Below are positions 27,446-40,833 of a stretch of DNA of 64,000 nt, piece by piece. The translations under genes and the position numbers were made by a program. The notes below the pieces were generated by a model. The model was not told the origin of the DNA, did not search any database, and worked only from the letters and a program-made list of their open reading frames with translations. The stretch is from NCBI GenBank assembly GCA_040954595.2, contig CM082595.2:2296635-2360634 (forward strand), in the 5' to 3' direction. This DNA comes from Balanoglossus misakiensis (lineage: Eukaryota > Animalia > Hemichordata). How positions within the stretch are numbered: the first letter of the stretch is position 1; each line of letters opens with the position of its first letter.

Positions 27446-29184
27446 TTTACGCGGTCTGTAAAATATAGATTTGTGTTACTCGATAGGCGATATGCCATTT
27501 TCTGTCGGTTGCCGCATTTGAAGTCATTTTCGAAAAGTCGTGAGTACACATGTACATTGTCTGCAAACATGAAATTGCAATTGTAAAGGAGTAACTGAAA
27601 AGATCTTACCTTTTTCTGCATTGAGATGTTTACGAGGACGCTGCTGTTGAAACTTTGATTCGGGTTATAGTACAGTGTTAGATTTTTCTGGCTTTTATAG
27701 CCAGATGTCTACACTTGTTTGTCCATAAATGTAGATGAAAACATGGCCGGAATAATACACGTTGGAAAGTTGTCATGTTTACTGTGAATGGGCTTAAGGG
27801 AAGTAATCATCTGACCATTCTAAATCGTGATCAGGCCTGGTCGCACCATACATGTATGTGTCAGTACCACAACACACAACACGTGTTCACAACAGACGCA
27901 GAGATGACCATGTTTACAAAAACAAGCTATTTTTAATAGTCATGTAGTCGTCCTAATTTCTGGAATCACAACACACATTACACCGATGTTATTCTTGGCT
28001 TTCTTTGTCCTATTCCTGCTTGGCAAAGTGCCCAGGTTCACAACCAGAATTGTCGTGCCCGGATATGATCATTGTACTCATGTACAGATGCCCTACAGGT
28101 ACGTGTAGATTACCATAGATGGAGATATCATAGTTTATAAACACAGAGAATATAAGCATTAGTCATTGCTGTTTACATGCACACAGGAAAGAAGGCGCAA
28201 ATAACACGCGGAAATCCAGTTGAGAAAAACATTTGATATCCTAATAGAAACTAGCTATCCCGATTACAAATAATATTCATATATAAATGATAGTATAAGG
28301 AACGTCAAAAGTGTCAGCCCCTCCCCCGAACCCCAAATGTCTTGTCAGGTCAAGTCATTTTAGTTGACATAATTGATGAAAACGAAGTGAGAAAGATGGA
28401 GGGAGACTGTCAGATTCTCAGAGCCAGGCACGATACTATACTACACTGTGCTGTCGACTACGGCGATGCCTGGCCAACTATTGGGGTAATATGGATACCC
28501 AACTCTATTCGACAGCCCGAGGTGACCCTATATCAGTATAAATGCTACAGTAAAGAGACCGCTCGCGCACCCCGAAAGTTTCCGCATCTCTGCAGCAACC
28601 GCGGCTCACTTTTTCGCTCATTTTGTGCTTTTCTTATTAGATTCGGGTCTAGACATTGACTTCGGATTCCGAATCGAACTGAAAGCAACGTAACATTTTC
28701 AGCCGTGTGTTCTATTATAAATTCCTTGTGTACTTGTTTGCTTATACTTTTGTCTACTTTAATTATCTTTTAGACTTGACATTATAAACCTTGTACTGGT
28801 TGTCTTTTTATAACTATCCTTGGCCCCGGCTAGCTGAACTCAATTTCAGTCTCATTCCGGACATAAGACCCCCTGTAGTTTTCAGTCACAGATACGTATC
28901 AGGGGTCCGAAGAATGCGAAATTTAATGGGTTGTTTGGAAGTTATGTGAGATTAATTCCACAGGAGAAGTTAAGTTGCAGATATTTGTAACATTTTTCTG
29001 TCCTGCCTGTGAATCTGAACCGGCAAACGATCGAATTGCAATCAGAAAACACAATCTCCAGCTTTCTTGTCTCATCCGAAAAACAGTCTGATTCTAACTA
29101 CAGTTTTGTAACCCAGTCAACGTGTAACTTTAGGGGGTTTGACTTTTTGAACTTCTTGATGTCGACTAGGACGCGACGTGGTGT

Positions 29185-32100
29185 ATGACCATTTTGAAAG
29201 AGGACGGTGTAATAGCAATGGTTAGTGGGAGAAGGCACAGGAATTGGTGGCAGACGATACTGTTCATCGGGATCCTGGTGTGTGTTGGATACGGAGTCTA
29301 CTTGTTCAACGATGTCAACCGGAAACTCAGGGCTGCGGAGTCGAGGGCCGCCCAGTACCAACAACAACAAGAATCATTGACTGCACAGTTGCAAGGTATG
29401 TGTCCAGTGAAAAATAGAGGGCCTAGATTCCAAGTCAACCGTGTAAATGTCTCTCCCTTTTCGGCTAATGATATTGATTTGGTCGCGGGTCGAAGCAGGC
29501 CAGGTCTTATAATAATAAAGCTGTCCGTATGCAGACACAGGCAAGACTGGCAGCCATTGCCATTTGTAAAACAGATGACGTGTGTAAACAAAAACAATAC
29601 CCATAATGAACCTTGAGAATGCGTCCAAAGGAGTAATTTGCAATTCTATATGCGAGGGACTCGTTAGTCTCTGTCAGCTGAAATTGGCTGATTTGAGACT
29701 TGGCTTTTATCAACAATAACTCCATGGTAACGCGTACGCGATCGAGTTCGGAACCGTGCTGTGAGAAACTTCCGGTTGTCCTCATACCACTGACATGACA
29801 GTTGAAATGTATCTTTTAAAAAAAAGACAGACGTCATGACTGGAGCTTGGATGCGCACCTGTGTATCCATGTCCAAATTTTTCGACTGCGTATAATATCA
29901 AACGAAACTATAGACGCAATTGCAGTTAATGAGGAAAAATGTATAGAAATCGAACACCAGAACTGACACAGACAGAAACGTGCAAAGTGTTCTGGGTAAA
30001 ATAAGATCAGTTGAGTTCAGGATGTTATCATATATGAAGATTTGTACTATCAAAATTTGAAAATGTAATTTTGTAAGGGATCACCCAAATGTATTACATG
30101 GCTAGTAGGGACATTTGTGAAGAACCATGCAATTTGATATATAAATGTTTATTTTTAAAAAGTACAGCTACCTGTATATCTCACTATTGAAATATTTTGA
30201 ATACTTGGACATACATATGTACAGAGTGGAAGCAAAATATTGCAAATCTATATTTAATAATTACTTATATACTAGTATCTCAACACAGCTGCTATTGTAG
30301 AAGTGTGTGATCACGTCTTTTGTGCAGGCTTTGTAACAGGTGGTCTGAATTGTTATCAATGACAGACATGATGGCATTATTATAAAAATAGTTTGTGCCC
30401 TAAATACTGGAACAAAGATGGAATATTGTGTTGGCAATCATGCATTTTAAAATTGACAGTGTGCGTATGATTCTAGAGTTGACCGAATGTAATGTAAAGA
30501 TATCGTTTACACTGTCACTGAACAGTGCACTTCAGTCTGTGATAAATGATTGTATCAGATTATTAATACAATTGCTGGTAGTGTTCATTATTTTATGTAA
30601 ACATTTTTAGTGGACTTTGGAGTGATCAGAATTGGCTTTTTTGGAATAGAATGTTTATATCACATCATCATGTAGACATGTATGAACCTTTCTAGGCTTT
30701 ATTGACTTTGCATTTTAAATTGATTTTCTTTAAGTGCATTAATGGCCATTTATATTCAATATGTGTCCCAGTACCCACTTATATCAGAAATCACTAGGGA
30801 TAAAAGTAATATTACATCATATATATGGAAACTACTTATCATTTAGTGTTGTCATGTTGCCTAACTCAGTGTGTGGGTACATGTATATATGAAATGTCCT
30901 CAATTAATTTACCATATATTTTCAAACTGCGATTTTTGAGGTCTGCAAAATCAACCTTTGTCTTGTTTTCTTTCAGTTGTATATGAGCACAGATCAAGAC
31001 TTGAAAAATCATTACAAAAAGAAAAAAATGATCACAAAAAATCAAAAGAAGGTGAGTTTACAAGTACAGTTTGGAACGAATCACTGGTGGCTTCAAATGC
31101 CGAGATGACACAGATTTTGATATCAGCCACGTCACTAGTTCTGTCTATTTGACATTTGTCAGTGTGAGAGACACCATTAGGTTTCTAGCTTACATGTACA
31201 TGTACGTGGCATGAAGGTCATCCCTGATTTATTGCTGCACTTGAAATATCTTGGATCAGCGCCCTCTAACAAGTTGGCCATCACTTTTGTTACATGTCAA
31301 TAGAAATGCCCACATCAAGTATGAGACTTTAAGCAAAGCACTGTTGTAGAACTGACTAGTTCTGTTTTAACTCTCTCTACAGATTTACAGGAAACTTTAA
31401 ATAAAGAAAAGGTATGTGTACATTTTAGGGTATGATTATTGCATTTCTAAGGATACAATAATATAGTTGCTTTCATTTTAGAATTCCCCATTTGAGTATC
31501 ATTACCTGTAGAATCGAAACTCATTCTCCTAGTACTGCATTGTCACCGATGGCTCTATTCACCACAGATGTGTTTATTCATTTTTTTCAGCAAGAAGCAA
31601 ATAGGAGGTTCTCATCATTAGATACACAATATAAAATGTTAGAGGTAAGATTTGTATAATTTATGGGTGACCTTTATTTTTGAGGAAATAGTTTGTTCGA
31701 TAGGAATATTGGGCTGACATATTGATCGCCTCAGTCTGCTTAACTGTTGTTAAAAAACGTTCATTCTGACTTTCCCTTACAGACAGAACATGATGATGTA
31801 AAAGAAGACTTGCAGAGGTTAAAATCCAATCATGCAGGTCTTGAAGACGACCTGAGAAGAGTACAAACAGAAAAGGAAATTGAAATGCAACAGCTCAAAC
31901 AAGATAAAGACTTGCATATAAGAAATTTAGAAGGTGAGTAAAGTTTTAGTTCCTGAAAGAACCTTACACAGTAAATAGTTGAACATATAAAGAAATTGGT
32001 TGCAACTCAAATATGGCTGCCTTCATCTATTGTACATATTGTGAGCTCAGCAGAAATGGAGTGCATGAAGTCCATTGCTGTTCAAGGGGAATCTTTTTAT

Positions 32101-35100
32101 AGGTTTCTGTTGTGGTTATGTGATTGGCACGTGGAATCATTTCAATCTTTGTTCTTGACTTTTTTTTGTGTTTTGATTCTGTCGTAGAACAAATTGATTC
32201 ATTACAAGAAGAAGCCAGCAGATTGCGATCAATACACGAAGAACTTGCAGAACAATTGCGAGATGCAGAGGTACGTTCAAGATCGGATTTTCTACGGTGA
32301 TCGGAAAAAAATTATCCCAAATGAATCTGAGTAGATTTCAAGTTCAAAATGGCTGCCAAAATTTATTATTTCTTCATTTTTTCTTCAGAATGACAGACAA
32401 AACCACCTCAAAAGAAACAGTGACCTTGAAGGCCAAGTAATGACTTGTAAGGTACGCATTGACAATGACATTGAACATAGTAGTGTTCAAGTTATGGAAG
32501 ATTTTCATATTTATCGCCTAAGGATCAGAGTTGTCCAACTTCAAAGTCATTTTTTGGACAGATGTGACACTCACCGAGTTCATTTTTTTTCCCTCAGGAA
32601 AAAGCAACAGAACTGCAGAACAAACTGGCAGAAATACAGAGCAGGGCGACACAATTCCAGGTAAAAGATTCAATTCTATTTTACTAAAAGTTCATCATCT
32701 TGAGTTCTTTTGTATGCTGTAGGTTACAGATGTGAATATGTTTTGAATGTAAGCAAGTACATTGATTTATTGCAATTCTAGCTTGATAGAGATCAGCTTT
32801 TACAAGATAAAGAAACTCTTAAGACAGAATTAGACAAATTACAGGTTAGTACGTGAAATGATAATGGTAGCAAGGTGATCTTAGACACACAGCCATGTCA
32901 TTGCTTGTAACTCTCAGCGTTGGTGAAATTTGCCGGGCTCTGTAAAATTGCCTGATAAACATGTAAAGCTTCATGTATTGCATTGTGACAGTCTCTTCAA
33001 AAACTTAACCCTTTCACCACCATGGTTTGGTCCAAATCCATTGTTTTCTATGGTGAAGCTGGACCGCTGTACAGTGAAATGGGGGTGAAAGGGTAAAGAA
33101 GGCATCCCATGCTAGAGGTGATGGTATGTTATAGACACATAGGGACAAAACTGCCATTGTAAATGTTTCATGTTAATCTGATTTGATTATTTTTGTTCAT
33201 CAAATAATGCATTATTTTCAAACGGGATTTTGCTTGTTTTGGTATTCAGGTATATGATTGTAATATATATAAGGTTAACTGTAATGTTACATAAACTACC
33301 ACAAAATATTTCACATCCATTCAGGTGAACTTTGCCATATTCATTTTACCCTTGGATAAATTATTTTCTATGCGGTATATCTTCATATTTTCTGCACATC
33401 ACAGACTTCACTTTTTCTCATCTGCTTTCTTTAATCTCTGTTTGAATCATATACACACTACAGATGCTGGCACTTGTCCACCGGTCCATTTCCCTAAATT
33501 TCTGACATACTCTCTCAGAATTTTTTCAGCTCAATGCTGGCGTTTTGCTATCATTTGCATACTTCTGTTACGGAGTCAGTTGATGGATTTGTTTCCTTTT
33601 CTTTAAAGATGGAAAGAGATCAACTCAAAGTTGAACATGATAAACTAAAAGTTGAATTCAACCGAAATCAGGTCAGATTCTTTTTTCTTTCTGTCCTCTG
33701 TCTCCTGTTGATTTATCACTTCCTTTGTGTCTTATTTCTTTATTTTCTTGCTTGTATGTCTCACTCAGCAACTGACCGGACAGAGAGTACTGTATATGCT
33801 TTCTGTATTCACATGAATGTGTGGACACTTTTTGGTATTATCATCTTACTTTGATTATTATTTTTTTTAGGCTCAGCTGGATCCGTTAAACCAAGACAGG
33901 ATGATGTATGAGAACCAGCGTGATGACAATGGTAAGACATACTACACTGGTTGTGGTTTTTAACCCTTTCATTGTTGTCATGTGCTGATGCTTCTCTTCG
34001 CCAGCTGAGTCATCTTTGCTATGTAAATGAAAGATGCACTTCTTGATGATAGTAAATTCTTGTGGCAGATGAAGCGCCTCGAGATGATGAACTTGAAAGA
34101 CAGAAGCAACTTGACCTTCAGAGACAGCATGAAGAAGAAGAATTCAGACAACATCAGCAGCAACAACAAGACAATCAACGACAAATCGTCGAAGATGAAG
34201 AGGAGGAGGAGGAGGAAGAAGAAGAAGGAGACAGAAATGATGTCGATCAGAATGACATGGATGATGAAGCCAGAAGGTATATCACACTAGTGTTTAGATA
34301 GCTGTACTCCATTGATGCTTAAAGTTTTTAAGGGGAAAAACAGAGTGTTTGGAATATTAGTGGTTAAGTTTCTGATGCTGGGTCATCATTTTGGATTTTG
34401 ATCTCAATTGCAGAAGAGACCAAGAAAGACTTGATGAACAGAGAAGACTGGAGGAAGAGAGAAGACGACAAGAAGATCAAGCACGAGTCGAGCAACAGAG
34501 AGGATGGGCCGGCGATCAGCAACAACTGCAGCGTCGAGAAGTTGGACAGCAGACGTGGCAGGAACAGCAAAGGCAACAAAGACTGAACGAGGAACAGAGG
34601 CAGTTCGAAGAAGACCAACAGAAACAACGGGAGGAGCAACTACGGTTGCAAAGAATCGAAGAACAACGGCGACAGTTTGAAGAAGAGCAGCGACGACAAC
34701 AGCAACAGTGGGAAGAACGCCGACGCCAGCAAGGGATGGAGGAGGAGCAGCGACAGATCGAAGAAGAACGGCGACAAGAACAGTTAGATGGGCCAGAGCA
34801 ACGGTTTGGGCAGGATGAAGATGAGGATGACTTGGAACCGCATGATGGACAGGACAGACAAGGTGAGACTATGAGCACAACCTTACGAGATTCCATTAAG
34901 CAAATCACAAAACATAACATGATTAGTGTAACCTTTAAACCAAGATCTTGACCGATGTTTTTTTGCTTTACGCAGATATTTTCAATCAGGAGGAAATAGA
35001 GCGCAGACAGAAAGTCGTTCAGGAAGATGTGGAGAGAAGGGAACAAGAAGCCAGAGATGACATGCTGAGACGACAACAGCAACAGATCTGGGAGGTAAGA

Positions 35101-37056
35101 AAATCAGATGTTAGATGTCCTTGTATGGCGCATGCATGATGCCCAGGCAGCAATGTCATCTTATCTTTCAGAAATTTGCATGATTCTCATATTCTATTAG
35201 TATAAGCAGGGTTCTCCCCACTCTGGTGAATGGTGATCGGGCCCAACCAGCACTCAAGCGAAAAACTCAATTCTACCTTGTCTCTCCACAAATCTGTTGA
35301 CACAGATGCAGCAACAAGAACAGCAGAGACGACCTCCACAGATTCCAGGCATTCCAGGTCAAGGCCGGGATGACTACAATGATGGAAATGATGCGGGTGA
35401 AGATGAGGGTGAGGATGAAGAGGAGGAGGAGGAAGAAGAGGAGGAAGATGACCCTGACAATGAAGATGGCGACTATGTGCAAAATATTCATAGGTAGGTT
35501 TCCTGATGGTGATGTCGGTGGTGATGATGATGATAATGATGATGATGATGATGGTGGTGATGGTGAAGGTGAAGGTGATGATGATATTCAAAATTGAATA
35601 ATGAGAGTCTCTTCTTTCTTGCAGAGGCTTCAATGACGCTCAGCTCCCTGTCCCTGGACAGGATCATTTTGGTGCTCAGCGTCCAAGAGTCGATGGAGAT
35701 GAATATAAAGAACTGAATGCACAACGTGACCAGGGTATGATCGACAACAGAATGCACGAGGAAGAAGACCAGATGCAATTACCACACCAGAACCAAGGTA
35801 ATGGTATCCCCTCTTTAGAGGTCCAATCTTACTATATACTGTTTGAGACCTGGTGTAACTTGCCAATGTTTACCAATCCTGCGATCGTGCAGCCCAGTAC
35901 ATGCCTAGTATTAAAGAACAATTTCCAGGTTCTACATGGATGATAATAACACATATCTTATCTGATCTTATTCCAGTTGAGGTCATGCACCATATACAGG
36001 ATGTGAACGATGAAAAAGTAAGCTAAACTTACTTCTTTATTCATATTCATTTACCTATTTATCATATTCATTAGACCTGCCGTGGTACTCTCAAAGAAAA
36101 TCAGTAAAATTATGCAATATTGATACAAAGTTAAAGTTGTACTATTTGATTCAATTTTTAGGTTGAGCAACCCGACCAAATCATTCCCGCTGGAAGAGAT
36201 GATGATGAAAATTATGAAGACCAGGTTAGGAAAACGAAAATACTATTAAGTTGGCACTAACATTTTGTGAAATACTATTGTCAGACACATGTGATTACTG
36301 CACCGAATTTGATGAAACCTACAGATACACATCTTAGAATGTTGTGATCGTACATGCACTATACATCTGTGTCTTGTCAGTAGTCTTCGTATTTGCATAC
36401 ATTGCGTGAATTGATTTGACAGATATCTGACTGTGCAATAAGACATTCAGTAGCGTTATGATAGTTGATGGCTAGTTTGCCTGTAATGAAGTATAGGAAA
36501 TACTACATGGCCGTAGCATGCATTGAAAGATGATCTCCTAGTTGAGACATGCATTTGCGTAACGCGTTAAAGTGCCAGAGCTCCTAATGTCCTACAGTCG
36601 CGTAGACCAGTTCTTTTCGCGCCCGAGCCTAGGATGGAAGTATAGGTGAAATAGCTTTTTAGGTACGTATGATCATCTGTGTGTAGGTATGAATGTTCAT
36701 ACCTACATATTGAAATTCATAGGTCGAAAATAGGGTATTTACATGGCCATTTGCTAAGTCAAACAATCACAAAACAATATAGACAATTGAACTTATAAAT
36801 TGATCAGTATGAGAACATATGCAGGAAGTATCAGGAATGTAGTAATTCTTATCAAATGGGAGCACAGTGCCCTTGATGCTATTTTTCAATATATCATTTG
36901 TCTGTTTAGGATGATGGAAACGATGAAGAAGAAGAAGAGGAAGAGGAGGAAGAAGAAGAAGAAGATGAAAATTATGAGGCAGATAGAAACCACCATCCTA
37001 ACATTGCACAAAGAGCAGTAGCCGATATGCAAATGAGACATGGTGGAGATATATGA
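29185..37056 (+). CDS. GOLIM4: Golgi integral membrane protein 4 (GPP130)-like, 19 exons: 29185-29395, 30977-31051, 31383-31411, 31591-31644, 31783-31933, 32188-32270, 32389-32451, 32598-32660, 32782-32844, 33609-33671, 33871-33931, 34069-34276, 34414-34862, 34976-35094, 35306-35493, 35625-35797, 35977-36017, 36162-36224, 36910-37056 (about 767 aa)
   Basis: Short cytosolic tail and TM (WQTILFIGILVCVGYGVYLF), then the diagnostic YQQQQESLTAQLQ|VVYEHRSRLEKSLQKE, QETLNK and RFSSLDTQYKML, a coiled coil and an E/Q/D-rich lumenal domain. All introns are GT-AG with consistent phases; total 2304 nt. The start could be the later ATG at 29218. Confidence 0.9.
33005..33097. mobile_element. Copy of the 85-bp piggyBac-type MITE (GOLIM4 intron 9)
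   Basis: TTAA-CCCTTTCACCACCATGGTTTGGTCCAAATCCATTGTTTTCTATGG…GGTGAAAGGG-TAAA; its 5' half is nearly identical to the 22301 copy. Confidence 0.8.
35504..35586. repeat. Intronic (GAT/GGT)n trinucleotide repeat in GOLIM4 intron 15
   Basis: GATGGTGATGTCGGTGGTGATGATGATGATAATGATGAT… lies between donor 35494 and acceptor 35624. Confidence 0.8.
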
Positions 37057-39597
37057 ATCCTGTAGATAAAACTGAATTTTACACTTGCCTTTAGAGGTAC
37101 CACAACATGGCACCTGTCTATTTGGTGTGAGGGTCTGCCGAGAATTTTTTTAGAAGGGCATACATTGATTCTCCAGGAAGAGTTCTGTTTTGGCATTACT
37201 TTTAGAGATCATCACATGAATATATACCGAACGAACAGTTTCTGCTTTATACAAACCAGATTTATGAAGGAATACTTGTTTCTCTACAGATTTTTCTGTA
37301 GGAGACATTGCAATACTAAAGTGTGTCTGACTCTTGAGACTTGATGTAGGCTGACATTTTTATGTCACGTTTGTAAATTTTTTTTTTCACCTGGAAAGAA
37401 GACAATTTCTTTCATTTTATGATATATAATTTATATCCTATTTTCAAATATCGTATCTTGAGCCTTCATCATGAACACAATTCTGCAATTTTGATATGAT
37501 TGTGATGGTGAAATATACTAATATGAAAACGTAATTATTAGTCCAAAACTCTTATTTTTAGTACTTACTTTGGTTAGCTTACAAACGAAATTGTGGTTCT
37601 GTCTTATGTGTTGAGTACAAGTGTTTTGTTGTGAGTGTAACTTCATGTGTAGTTTTTTCCTTTTTTTCTCACTTTTGCATTTGTATTGCTGTCTACAATG
37701 TAGATAGGCAGGTGGCTTTTTGTGATGCGTTGTCACCAGACATCACAGTCTTTCAGAGAATTTCAATAAAAACCCACAGCCGTGGCTTATTTAGATGAGT
37801 TTATGTCTGCATCGATCAACAGTGTGCCCTCTAAGGCCATATGATGCGCCACTGACTCAACAAACTCACTGGTGACTCAAGAAAATTATCCACACAACAT
37901 GCAAAGGTATAGGGCTGACTCAGAGAAATTTCTAGAAATCATCTAATTGACTCGAAGCTTTTAGAAATTATGTCTGTCTGAGGGAAAAGTGATGATCAGT
38001 TGTCATCCTGTCCAGACTCCATCTGAACACCACTTGAAATCCAGGCCAAAATTCGTGTATACAGAAACTGACCGGGGCTCTTACTGTGGTGTGTATGGGG
38101 TGTGATAAAAAATATTTTGGGGTCTGTTTTCTCAATATCTCCACTTACAGTCACCGAATGCTACGATGAGCATGACACCCTATTAGATAAATGGAACGTT
38201 CCATGCTTAAAAACGAATAAAAATCCTGCTGAGGATAACCTCAGGGGACAGCCATTAATGCTCGCTTTATGCCAGCAACATTTCAATTTGGGACGCAAAG
38301 AATTGTCGTTTCTCTAGCTACGCCATAGAAGCTGAACCCTGGTCGTGCTGGGCCGGGCAACAGTGAAGGGGAAGATTTAATGCAAATAGCAAGCAAGAGT
38401 GTGATTTATTTGAAATGGTAAGTCATAAACAGTATTATTGCCTTTTGATTATCCTAATTTGCCACGGCCGTGCTCTCCCGAGAAGATTCTGATCTTAGGG
38501 TCTGCTCACGCTTTGACTATACTTGTGTTGTATTTCTCGGTTGTGTTCTGTATTTGCTAGTTTGTGTTCAGTGTGTTTCTGTTCTTTTTAATTCTGCTTT
38601 CGGTTCATTCCCTGTATAACGTATATCTGTCGTTGTAACATGCTAGGTAATGAATACTTAATTCAAATGTCAAATCGATACCTTTTATGAAGAGCGATTC
38701 TCTGCGATTAAAGATGACTATATTCTGTATCAAAGGTAATAAGCTTGTACACAAAAAACGTGAAAAGGAGGGTTCGTGGCTCTAATATTAAATGTTTTTC
38801 TTATTCCCTGATAATACATTATTAACGTTGTAATGGGCCTTTTGTTACGTGTGTCATCACTGCTTCGTTATAAATTCATAGATATTGGCTTTCATTTCAT
38901 ATATTAAACGTGTCTCTGAATTCTATCGGGTTGATTGCTAATTATGCGTTTTCGTATTGTGTTCGTGGCTGCAGATTAGCGTCATATACTCAGTGGCCAA
39001 AGGCATATTCATTCAAAATGGATAAAGGTGGATTTTCATCTTCGTTGTTACAGTAACGGTAATATGATGTGTAAACCCAGTTACACAAACGACTCTTTGT
39101 GTTCGCAACTGTATTCTAACAGTAATTAGCACGCGACTGATGGTCGACAAGGCCAACGAACAGTTTCTTCTCTATTAATAATGCAAACGATACATATACT
39201 GACTTAATTACTGAAGATAATAAATAATAAATGTAACCAATTACTGATGATGATATAGATCGAAATTTTATGGCATGTACTACAAACCCCTGATCCTTAG
39301 TTATTTTAATTAGCAGATGAACGCAGAGCAAAATGCATGGTGTATGTCCGGTTCTGTGTGTGTCTTGGTGTGTGTCAGGTATTGAACAGCACATTTCAAC
39401 ATGCGTTACGTAATACATTGTAATACTTGCATATGTAAAATATAAAGGTAGTTTATTTTTTTATATTTAGATTTAATGTTGTTTTTTTTCAAGGACGTAC
39501 CCATAAGCAATAGAAGTTAGAAATTAGAGTAACAGAACATTCACACAAATCAATTTATTTTATCTCCGCAGTTATCTGTTGCACATCTCTTGTCAAA

Positions 39598-40833
39598 ATG
39601 AGCAGATCGGACATATATGACGCTTTTATAGATCAGAACGGGACTATTCCGTCACTTGATCAGCTGAACTCTCTCCTCCATCAAGAATCCGCACCATTTT
39701 ATGTTATCGGCACGCTAGTCATGGCAGTGGGGATACCCGGCAATGCATTGGTTTTATGTATTTACTGGAGGAAGTGCCAACAGACAAGTGCTAACTTCTA
39801 CATCCTGGCCTTAGCGTTGGTTGACATGCTTGTCTGTACCGTGATATTGCCCCACGAATTATATTGGAGTGTAAGGTACTACGCCTATTATAGCAATGTC
39901 AGTTGCAAAATTTTCAAAACGTTGCTTTTGTTTAACGTTTCCACTTCGGGGTTACTTCTGCTTGCCATAGCAGTCGATCGCTACTACGCCATTTGCAAAC
40001 CGTTGAAGTTTTCGAACACAGTCAGACGAGCTAAATACACCACCCTTGCGGTTCTTGTCTTCGCGGTTTTGGTCGCATCCCCACGTGCTTTCTTCAACGA
40101 CGTCCGTTCGACACGTCAGACAACTGATTCGAGTGAAATATCAGTCTGTGGTCAACACGAATCGAGTTTGCTCACGTTTTCTTATGAAGTCATTAGCGCC
40201 GTTTTAGTTGTGATAATTTTGGTCTCCCTGGCCGTTCTGTACTGGTTTGTCGGAAGAGCTATTGTAAAACGAAATACCCGTCTTGCAATTGGTAATCAGA
40301 TTCGGGGAACCGACTTCGTTAGTGTCTATGAAGGTAACTTGGGACCATCTTCAGGTGGATTGCCGAGAGATTCACCCAACGAAAAAATGGCTGACCAGAC
40401 AAGGCCAAACTTTATCACAACGCACAAAGTGGACAACTTCGATTCTAAAACAGCGCAACATCATGTAACATCCGAACTGGTTGCCATTGGCGACGATACT
40501 GCGGGTCCCTCGTCGCGGAATGATAGCACCAGACACAATAGTCGGACAGGTAGCGTCCGCACAGCGCAACATGGCGGCTCCCCGCGTAGTTTGAATACCG
40601 TGAAAATGTTGGTGACGGTGACTGCGATATTCTGGTTCACATGGGTACCATGGATACTAGTGACCGTAATACGTACTTTTGAAGCAAGTTCAAACAGATT
40701 TGAGGTGATCATCTCAAATTTGTTCTACTGCTTGCTGTATCTCAATAATGGTATCAACCCGATAGCATACACAATTGTTAGCAAAAAATTTCGGTCTGAT
40801 TCCAAGCAATTTTTAGGAAAATTTTGCAAATAA
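39598..40833 (+). CDS. Class A (rhodopsin-like) GPCR, peptide-receptor-like orphan (CCK/orexin-receptor-like), 411 aa, intronless CDS
   Basis: Seven hydrophobic helices: TM1 GIPGNALV, TM2 LALVDMLVC, ECL1-TM3 Cys (SCKIF), AVDRYYAICKPL, long ICL3, TM6 FWFTWVP, TM7 NGINPIAY, helix 8 SKKFR. A splice acceptor (TCTCCGCAG, about 39571) upstream implies a non-coding first exon. Confidence 0.93.
   Translation: MSRSDIYDAFIDQNGTIPSLDQLNSLLHQESAPFYVIGTLVMAVGIPGNALVLCIYWRKCQQTSANFYILALALVDMLVCTVILPHELYWSVRYYAYYSNVSCKIFKTLLLFNVSTSGLLLLAIAVDRYYAICKPLKFSNTVRRAKYTTLAVLVFAVLVASPRAFFNDVRSTRQTTDSSEISVCGQHESSLLTFSYEVISAVLVVIILVSLAVLYWFVGRAIVKRNTRLAIGNQIRGTDFVSVYEGNLGPSSGGLPRDSPNEKMADQTRPNFITTHKVDNFDSKTAQHHVTSELVAIGDDTAGPSSRNDSTRHNSRTGSVRTAQHGGSPRSLNTVKMLVTVTAIFWFTWVPWILVTVIRTFEASSNRFEVIISNLFYCLLYLNNGINPIAYTIVSKKFRSDSKQFLGKFCK

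Noticed and set aside
34364-35778. Minus-strand Cys/Ser/Leu/His-rich ORFs (188, 148, 96 aa etc.)
   Set aside because: Antisense shadows of low-complexity E/Q/D-rich GOLIM4 exons and an intronic GAT repeat.
11919-37056. GLCE and GOLIM4 as a functional Golgi gene cluster
   Set aside because: Two Golgi genes near each other is not evidence of co-regulation, and I cannot test synteny.
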